Shown piece by piece: positions 1 through 6,201 of a stretch of DNA of 6,201 nucleotides. The DNA comes from Trichoplax adhaerens (lineage: Eukaryota > Animalia > Placozoa). The notes beneath the pieces are model-generated. The model was not told the origin of the DNA and searched no databases. It saw only the letters and a list, made by a program, of their open reading frames with translations. Numbering within the stretch: position 1 is the first letter of the stretch; every line of letters starts with the position of its first letter. A program made the translations under genes and the position numbers. The DNA lies in assembly GCF_000150275.1 (NCBI RefSeq), contig NW_002061104.1, positions 1 through 6,201 on the forward strand, written 5' to 3'.

Positions 1-2
1 GT

Positions 3-689
3 ATACGAGCTAGATTAGAATTATTAGCAATGGAATGCGATACAGAATTTCGATACGAGCAACAATGTATCTTTGTAAAATTTCAATTAGATAAGATAGA
101 TGAAAATGGGAGTAAAATTTATGACGTCGAGTTTTCTAGATTTAATAACGATCTAAACGACTTACGTCAAAAAATTATGGTAGAGTTAAGTGATCAACAT
201 GTAGATGCTCTACAACTCAGTCTGAAACCGTTCTATTATAATGTAAAATCTACATCGGATGAGAATACTGAAGTCGGCATTCCGATCGAATTTTATTATC
301 ATCTTAGTAATCATGCTTCGAGACTGACAACAACTTCTAGACAAGTAATAAGTCGTATTTTCGCCATAGGCTGCATTGCTACATGCTTTATAACGGCTGT
401 AGCTTCTTTTAATATTATTAATAATATTACTACCTTGAGTAACGCATTATCAGGAACGATTATATCTCATATTACTATGATGTCAAGTATGGCTTACCTT
501 ACCGATGCAGCTCTAAATGACGATCAAAAGCAAAGCTTATTAAAGAAATATATTATGGATTATATTTTAGGATATAATTTTTTCTACACTAGAGGTAGAA
601 CGTTACATCCTTGTCTTCAACTTTATCAATCGTTTTATTTCCGTAAGCAGATGAGGAAGAAGAAAGTTATAACCCTAACAGTAGTTTAA
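3..689 (+). CDS. Hypothetical membrane protein with a probable two-helix transmembrane hairpin and basic C-terminus; possibly 5'-partial
   Basis: 219-aa ORF from ATG 30 to TAA 687-689. The frame is also open upstream (3-29 reads IRARLELLA), so the true start may lie outside the window. Residues 110-158 are nearly uncharged (IFAIGCIATCFITAVASFNII...LSNALSGTIISHITMMSSMAYL); the tail has RKQMRKKK. ATG 30 has a Kozak-like context (GCAATGG) and no Shine-Dalgarno. Confidence 0.8.
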   Translation: MRARLELLAMECDTEFRYEQQCIFVKFQLDKIDENGSKIYDVEFSRFNNDLNDLRQKIMVELSDQHVDALQLSLKPFYYNVKSTSDENTEVGIPIEFYYHLSNHASRLTTTSRQVISRIFAIGCIATCFITAVASFNIINNITTLSNALSGTIISHITMMSSMAYLTDAALNDDQKQSLLKKYIMDYILGYNFFYTRGRTLHPCLQLYQSFYFRKQMRKKKVITLTVV

Positions 690-711
690 ACGGCGGACGA
701 CTTTAGGGTTG
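670..711 (+). other. Stem-loop enclosing the stop codon of the ORF
   Basis: TAACCCTAA (670-678) pairs with TTAGGGTTG (703-711), 9 bp with one G-U; TAA 687-689 lies inside. Confidence 0.6.
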
Positions 712-948
712 ACCTTAACATATAGACTATTAGAGAAGAGTATCCGGCAACTGATAGAAAATTATTTACATCTGCGTACCTTACAATATACGTTTCATTG
801 AGGCTATTAAAGGCATAAGCGAGCTATTTACTTTATTACAATATTCTATATCATAGCTAAACTACAAAGATTCAGAAATCTCTATTTCTTCCGGTAACGT
901 CAGTAAAAATTTTTTTCATTTATAAAAATCGTGTGACTGACGGAAGGC

Positions 949-971
949 GATACATATCTACCGTACATTGT
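949..971 (+). repeat. 5' arm of a 23-nt long-range inverted repeat (partner 3175-3197)
   Basis: GATACATATCTACCGTACATTGT is the reverse complement of ATAATGTACGGTAGATATTTATC at 21/23 positions; perfect 16-bp core 954-969/3177-3192; one of the two differences is a G-U pair on the + strand. Confidence 0.9.
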
Positions 972-1130
972 TAATTAATCCATGATCGACAATTCCCATA
1001 TGGAATTGGAAAGATTCGCCTTTAAAGCCAACGCAAGTAGTAAAAGGCATTATTTAATTTGTATATAACCACTAATGAGGCTATAACGATAACTACTCAA
1101 TTTGCATTTACCCAATTGGATAAGAATCAT

Positions 1131-1180
1131 AAATAGAACTAGTTTGTATCTCACTTTGCAAATATACATTAGTTCTATTT
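1131..1180. other. Stem-loop with 11-bp perfect basal stem
   Basis: AAATAGAACTA (1131-1141)/TAGTTCTATTT (1170-1180), extended inward by TGTAT/ATACA. Confidence 0.7.
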
Positions 1181-1699
1181 AATTGTTAATTATTACCATA
1201 TTAAATGCAGTCAGAGAAATTCATGAGCTATAGTATTTACTACTTAGTTTTCGTGGATCTCTCTACACACTTAGATATTTTTACTTTTCATGCAATAAAG
1301 AAGAATTGTTTGCATATAATCAATTGTATACGCATCATTAATGAAATAATTCGCGTTTACTTTACAGTATATAAAATACTAATGCGCTCCGCAAATTGCT
1401 GCTAACATCAGTAAACGTGTTTTTGCGCTGTTTACTTTAGGTAGAACTTTGAGGAATTAAACAATTTTCTATCCAAAGTAGTTAATATGACTTATACAAT
1501 CTACATTTACTGTAGCTATCAGATCCGGATAGGTACCACTAACGGCAAAGACTTTGTTTTCATTTTTTAATATTCGTATATATTTACTGTTCTATTGCTC
1601 AATAAACCTTTTAGCAACATTTATTCATCGCTGCTCTCTTGGATGCATGAAATCAAGTATTTTTTCGGTTCTTATTACTTTATTTAAAATAATTATTTA

Positions 1700-1723
1700 G
1701 AAAGTTTAAACTTTCCGGAAAGT
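1700..1723. repeat. Two overlapping perfect palindromes
   Basis: GAAAGTTTAAACTTTC (1700-1715) and ACTTTCCGGAAAGT (1710-1723). Confidence 0.85.
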
Positions 1724-1860
1724 ATAAAAACTTACCAAAGTCTATAAATAAGTCTACTTTATAGCTAGTACCGTCTGATGGCGGTACATGGCGAAATTTA
1801 TAGATACAAAAGCTAAGAGTTATGTAATGGATTAATCTATGGAATTAAAAATTAAATTCT

Positions 1861-2093
1861 TCTTATTCTAGTTTCTGCATATCTGCTAATTAGTTCGCTT
1901 ATCATTTAATAGGAACTATCAAATGCGGTTACCGCACAAAAATTGCTACCTTCTATTCTAATTTAAAGTAATACTAATCTTAACTGATCTCCATTGACTT
2001 TTAATTATTCTCTGCTTCTCAAACTCAATAATCGATGCAAATGATAGTTTCTGTAAAATAGTGATATGATATCAATTTCTGGAAGATATAAGA
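1861..2093 (+). other. Nested multi-helix RNA domain
   Basis: TCTTA 1861-65/TAAGA 2089-93; TTCTAG 1866-71/CTGGAA 2079-84; TATCAT 1900-05/GTGATA 2061-66; ATAGGAACTATCA 1909-21/TGATAGTTTCTGT 2042-54 (13 bp, 2 G-U). Confidence 0.65.
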
Positions 2094-2158
2094 TACTAGT
2101 ACAAACTCCCGTCGCTTTGCTGACGGTTTACGATAATATGCTCATTTAACAGATAGTA

Positions 2159-2251
2159 TTACCATTTGATAGACCTGTCAGACGCGCTGCTCGTTTCAAG
2201 GGTGGGTGCGTTGGATTTAAAACACATGTAAGAGGTCTTGACTAATGGTAA
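2159..2251 (+). other. GC-rich nested RNA domain
   Basis: TTACCATT 2159-66/AATGGTAA 2244-51; AGACCT 2171-76/AGGTCT 2233-38; GACGCGC 2181-87/GTGCGTT 2206-12; TGCTC 2188-92/GGGTG 2200-04 (several G-U). Confidence 0.7.
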
Positions 2252-2581
2252 CTGAAATACACGAACTATATATAGAATCAACTTTTTTAGGAAATTTGTT
2301 GCTATAATTGCTAGCTAAGGTAATATACTCGTACAATAACCTGTCACAGTTAATGAAAGCTACAGTCTGACTATTCAAATGAAAAGAATTTCTATTTGCG
2401 CTAATTGGAATACTTGCTAGAATATGGACAAAAAGTTATCATTTATTGAATCTAAGGCAAGCACAAATTAGTAAAAATAATGTAATAATTTCTTATAAAA
2501 AATCAAGGTATACGATTAAATTTAAATTTCAAAAGAAGGGCTGTCACGGTAGTGAATCTACCGTGGTGAATGATAACTTAC

Positions 2582-2640
2582 TTAATTTAGACATGTATAT
2601 GTATCATGTTAAGATAGTTATTAATTTGGATATGTGCATG
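2582..2640 (+). repeat. Imperfect 20-nt direct repeat (39-nt period) whose copies also pair with each other
   Basis: TTAATTTAGACATGTATATG (2582-2601) vs TTAATTTGGATATGTGCATG (2621-2640), 16/20, all differences transitions; CATGTATATGT 2592-2602 pairs with ATATGTGCATG 2630-2640 (11 bp, 3 G-U). Confidence 0.7.
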
Positions 2641-2973
2641 AATTATTTGATGACTTAATATAGCCGATACAAACCTGTTCCTAATACAGGTTAAATTATA
2701 CTAAATATGGTATATGAATTGTCAATGGCAAATTCAATATAAATCTTATTAACTATAAGCCAGGGCAAACATAAAGTTAATCTATAGTAATATTACAAAT
2801 TCACTGGATTAGACTAGGAATAATTTAATGTATTCTCAAAGTCTTATTGGTCGAAATATATCACACATCGTAAACCGGTTTTATGGCTAGAATAGCTATT
2901 TAAATGATTGATTTTGAATATTAAATTAGACTTGCATTTTCGAGAATAAAGATATAGTTAGAAGATTCTGAAA

Positions 2974-3056
2974 GTGCATTTCTCAGTCATTGTTACTTAT
3001 CTAGGGTAATCTAAATTAGTTTAGATTAGGCAAGTTTAGTTAAGTAACAAATGCAC
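2974..3056 (+). other. Long (83-nt) unbranched imperfect hairpin
   Basis: GTGCAT 2974-79/ATGCAC 3051-56; TTGTTACTTA 2990-99/TAAGTAACAA 3041-50; CTAGG 3001-05/TTTAG 3035-39; TAATCTAAA 3007-15/TTTAGATTA 3020-28; loop TTAG. Confidence 0.8.
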
Positions 3057-3174
3057 ATCGGCTGGCAAACTCCATTTTTCTTCTTCGTTGTAAACATCGA
3101 TTTTTATCATGACAATTCTTTGGTGGTGTAATGTAACTTAGTATTGTGATTGTAGACTGTTAGCCATGTCTAGT

Positions 3175-3197
3175 ATAATGTACGGTAGATATTTATC
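3175..3197 (-). repeat. 3' arm of the 23-nt long-range inverted repeat (partner 949-971)
   Basis: ATAATGTACGGTAGATATTTATC; see partner. Confidence 0.9.
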
Positions 3198-5039
3198 CTA
3201 AGAGATATTTGGTAGCTGTAACTATAGACTGTAGTGGTAGAGACTCTTATGCTAGAGTACAGATGACTATATACAGTAAGCTGTTGAGTTACTAATATGG
3301 CTATAGGTAAAAATAGAACTGTAAATCATATATTAGGATACGGTTAATTCATTGTACTTTGGCTGGTGTGAATAATGTCTACGTAAGTACTGTAGTCGTA
3401 TCCATATTGGATTAATGATGGTCCGCAGTAGAATAGTCTTACTAAGAATAATTTAACTATGTGTAAAATAAGGTAAAAGATTGCCATGCGGATTGTAGCT
3501 GCGAATGCTACGGAAAGTATAAAAGCATGCAACTTTAGATTATTCTGTTAGTTCGTTCTAGAAGCCTTTAGAAGTAGTATTCGGCTAGAGTAGAGCTGTG
3601 TAGTTAATCTTTGTATAAGATTCAATAAAGCCCTTATTTTTCTAAAATTTGGAATTTCGTGATTGGTATATATCACAGGTGGATATTAATAATCACAGAC
3701 AAAGTCACGAACAAAGTCAACCAACGTTTGGATATTAACATTTAGTATTTTTCAATGTATAAAATCAACTAATAGATAAGAGAATTAATCTCTAGTAGGA
3801 AGGGAGCAATATCAGCTAGCTTACTTTATCTTTTTAATTTATAAGCTAATATTGAAAAGGAATACACCAAGACCAGCTAATTTGCAATGACAACAAAAAA
3901 TAGACACTAGATTGATTAGCGTCTCAATTCTACTAGAGAAAACGAATATATAGCGGTCAAAATATATTTATTGTTGTTATCTATATCACTTAAAGTATAT
4001 TGAAGATATCATGATTACAGTTAACAAAATTCGAAAGTTTCTTTTAATATTTCTTTATTTCATAAATTGAAATACGAAATTGTTAGCATGTACTAAGTTA
4101 CTGTATATCATCAATCCAGCTTTTCCCGGAAAATGATGTATCGGTATGCATGCATGAGGGCAAAAATATTTTATAGCCTGATCAACTGCGCCCTTAAAGC
4201 GCTGTAGTCAAACATCATTTAAGAGCTTAACAAATAGCTTAATGTATATCTTTACTTTTCTATACTTAATAACATTAATCTTCAATAGAAAAGCATTAAC
4301 ATTGGCCAAATTAATGGACGCAATTGTATTCGATAGGATAATATTTCTCTAGCTTATGAAGAATACGAGTGCATTAAAGCCAATACTGCACAAGTGCGAC
4401 ACCATAGTAGTCTTTCTAAAAGTGTATCTTTATATCATTAATCGTATTCATTAGACTGCACTAGCTTTTTCTTTGCTTAATTAAGCAGTATAATATCATT
4501 AATTACAGACAAAAATCTACGTGAAATTTTTTAATACAATACACAGCAGTAATATCTGATTTTATATTACTTTGTTATTGAGACTCCCAGGTCAAATTAT
4601 TGGAGTTAAATATTTTCTGTATGTTACACACTGCACATGCATAAATTGATGCGAACTAGCCAACACATGTTTAAATATCGTTAAGTGAAATAATTTTTAT
4701 TTCAAAGCCCTGTTGACGTTAATTTTGATATGGAATTCTTTCTTCTATAATGCAATCTATAATAATAAGCTAACAAATGAAAAGGACGGATAAATTATTA
4801 CAGGCACCTCAATGTGTCTTCAGCTATGGTGCATTCTTTCAAATTTAAATCCTTCTGATCAAGAGTCTCTTCAATTTTTTTTTAAAGAAGCAAAGGAGTA
4901 ATGGCCCATTTTTATAGTCTTTTTGATTCATTATTTAGTTTGTCTAATAATGTCATTCTCTAGTACTATTTTAACTAAAAAAACGAAAAATTTTTATTGC
5001 GTTTCACATAATGTGCACATGTGTAAGCCAATTATATGG

Positions 5040-6201
5040 TCTATTTAGTCTCACCGATTACTTCTTCTAAAGTAGTTTTCCAAGCTTAAAATATTTACAG
5101 TTTAAATAAAAGAACTTTTGATAAGATTTTTTATTTCCCTAGTCCAAAATGAGTGAGTCAATAATAGTACCATTGACTAATGAATATTCCCCTTTTATGT
5201 AGTCGTTCAAGCCCCAGTTTCGATTCTTTATATTATTTTATTCTAAAACAACTTTTCTAAAGTATTAAAAAGCAATATCATTAGATTGTAGTCTATTTCA
5301 TCATTATAATAGTTTATAGATTCTGTCATTTATCTTAATAATTTTAATTTGATATTCTATTTACGAATTGTGCTATTCTTTTATGGAATAAAAAGTCTAC
5401 GGCATCATTAACGATACTTTATTGACATTTATTTCGGTCTTGCTATCTATTTCCATTTCTGAAGATATCGATAATTAACATTATGATATTCCAGGCTGAC
5501 TTTTATCATCAGACGATATATTATATGACTGCATACGGGTTAGAATAGTTTTCTTCCGCAATGAGAATTTCTATCGTCAATATAATAATAAATTAATTTT
5601 ATAAATACATCCACCTTGATAGTCAATCGATGTTCTAATAATTAGAAGTAGCTAATATATAGCCTTCCTTTCAGCGACAGTATTATCAGTTTTAACTTCT
5701 ATTTCATTTTATGATATATCATCAAACGATGCATACTGTCCGTATAAAATATTTATGAATGAGACTATGAAATTTTACTTCCACGATAGTAATCTCAATC
5801 TGGCCATAAATTCAACTTCAAGAATTTACTAAATTAATGCTACCAATTTTCGTTGTAATTCTATCAATTAAATCTTCGTAAAAGAATTTATATATTAATT
5901 TGGAAGTTTATTATACATTTTCACTTTTCAATAATTGATGAAATTAATTCTACAAATTTCGCTTTTATTCTAATCAATTCAATTACTCCTAAATTGCTTT
6001 AGATAGCAATTTTTATCGTATGTCATTTTGTTTGAGATAATAAATATGCCTGCCATTGTCAAGAATTTTTGTGTACAATTAGAAATTATCGCATTTGTTC
6101 TAGCCACTGCCTTTACGAATTGAATACAATACAATATTTTGCTTAACACTGCTACCTTGCTTTCTACAGTTTTTTCTACGAATCATACTATACTCAATAT
6201 T
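5040..6201 (-). pseudogene. Possible heavily decayed protein-coding sequence, product unknown
   Basis: The minus strand is A/purine-rich and gives successive protein-like fragments in shifting frames, e.g. 67 open codons 6182-5982 (FVEKTVESKVAVLSKILYCIQFVKAVARTNAIIS...), then FFYEDLIDRITTKIGSINL, NEIEVKTDNTVAERKAIY, DAVDFLFHKRIAQFVNRI, WGLNDYIKGEYSLVNGTIIDSLILD. No family recognised. Confidence 0.35.

Larger units (their letters stand above)
663..4900 (+). ncRNA. Candidate very large structured non-coding RNA or long structured 3' UTR (boundaries approximate)
   Basis: ~4.2 kb with only 62-70 aa ORFs. Dozens of helices, several nested into multibranch domains (1861-2093, 2159-2251, 2974-3056, 3336-3403, 3418-3496, 3887-3980). 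Non-canonical pairs are mostly G-U on the + strand. Long-range duplex ~769-1105/~3065-3265. Confidence 0.6.

Noticed and set aside
670-679. TAACCCTAAC resembles a telomerase RNA template for TTAGGG
   Set aside because: It lies in coding sequence and is paired with TTAGGGTTG 703-711; I found no adjacent pseudoknot or CR4/5-like element.
1205-1405. 66-aa ORF (+)
   Set aside because: Short, composition typical of translated AT-rich non-coding DNA, no motif or translation signal.
753-1473. 15/16 inverted match 753-768/1458-1473
   Set aside because: Very AT-rich and plausible by chance, has an A-C mismatch on +, and crosses the main duplex.
1740-1805. Hammerhead-like layout (stem-AUA...CUGAUG...GAAA-stem)
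   Set aside because: The core reads CUGAUGG, lacking the conserved A9; stems I and II do not form; the core is buried in the 1768-1787 hairpin.
2099-2117. GTACAAACTCCCGTCGCT resembles SSU rRNA GTACACACCGCCCGTCGCT
   Set aside because: Other universal SSU/LSU motifs (530 loop, GTCGTAACAAGG, peptidyl-transferase and sarcin-ricin loops) were not found in order.
2446-2658. 70-aa ORF (+)
   Set aside because: TTG start, no RBS; the NLDM repeat is explained by the nucleotide repeat and stem.
2810-2960. Group I intron R/S-like words (GACTA, AAGATATAGT); also a search for group II domain V
   Set aside because: No consistent P3/P4/P6/P7 core or canonical domain V could be built, and there is no flanking exon continuity.
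949-3197. Non-autonomous DNA transposon bounded by terminal inverted repeats
   Set aside because: No target-site duplication or transposase remnant, and complementarity continues on both sides of the 23-mer with G-U bias.
3344-3532. 62-aa hydrophobic ORF (-)
   Set aside because: TTG start, antisense to G-U-rich helices; probably chance, though a small membrane peptide is not excluded.
3680-3738. Short direct repeats ACAAAGTCA x2 and TGGATATTAA x2 as a CRISPR-like array
   Set aside because: Only two short copies each, with no repeat-spacer periodicity.
690-6201. Hidden genes under stop-codon recoding (TGA=Trp, TAG or TAA=Gln)
   Set aside because: In the frames translated by hand (mainly minus strand 3130-3600 and 5040-6201), no single reassignment gave a long continuous ORF; not tested exhaustively.

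Overview
AT-rich window (roughly 30% GC by eye) with one credible gene: a + strand ORF ending at 689 that is open to the window edge and encodes an unrecognised protein with a probable 2-TM hairpin. Behind it lie ~4.2 kb (~663-4900) with no convincing ORF but many stem-loops and nested multibranch helices, whose non-Watson-Crick positions are mostly G-U wobbles when read on the + strand. The strongest signal is a collinear, interrupted long-range duplex pairing ~769-1105 with ~3065-3265, anchored by a 23-nt helix (949-971/3175-3197, 16-bp perfect core) and enclosing ~2 kb of further domains. I read this as a candidate very large structured RNA (lncRNA or giant 3' UTR) that matches no family I can recognise. 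The last ~1.1 kb resembles a decayed minus-strand gene. The host or virus cannot be determined, and all pairings were found by eye, not computed.
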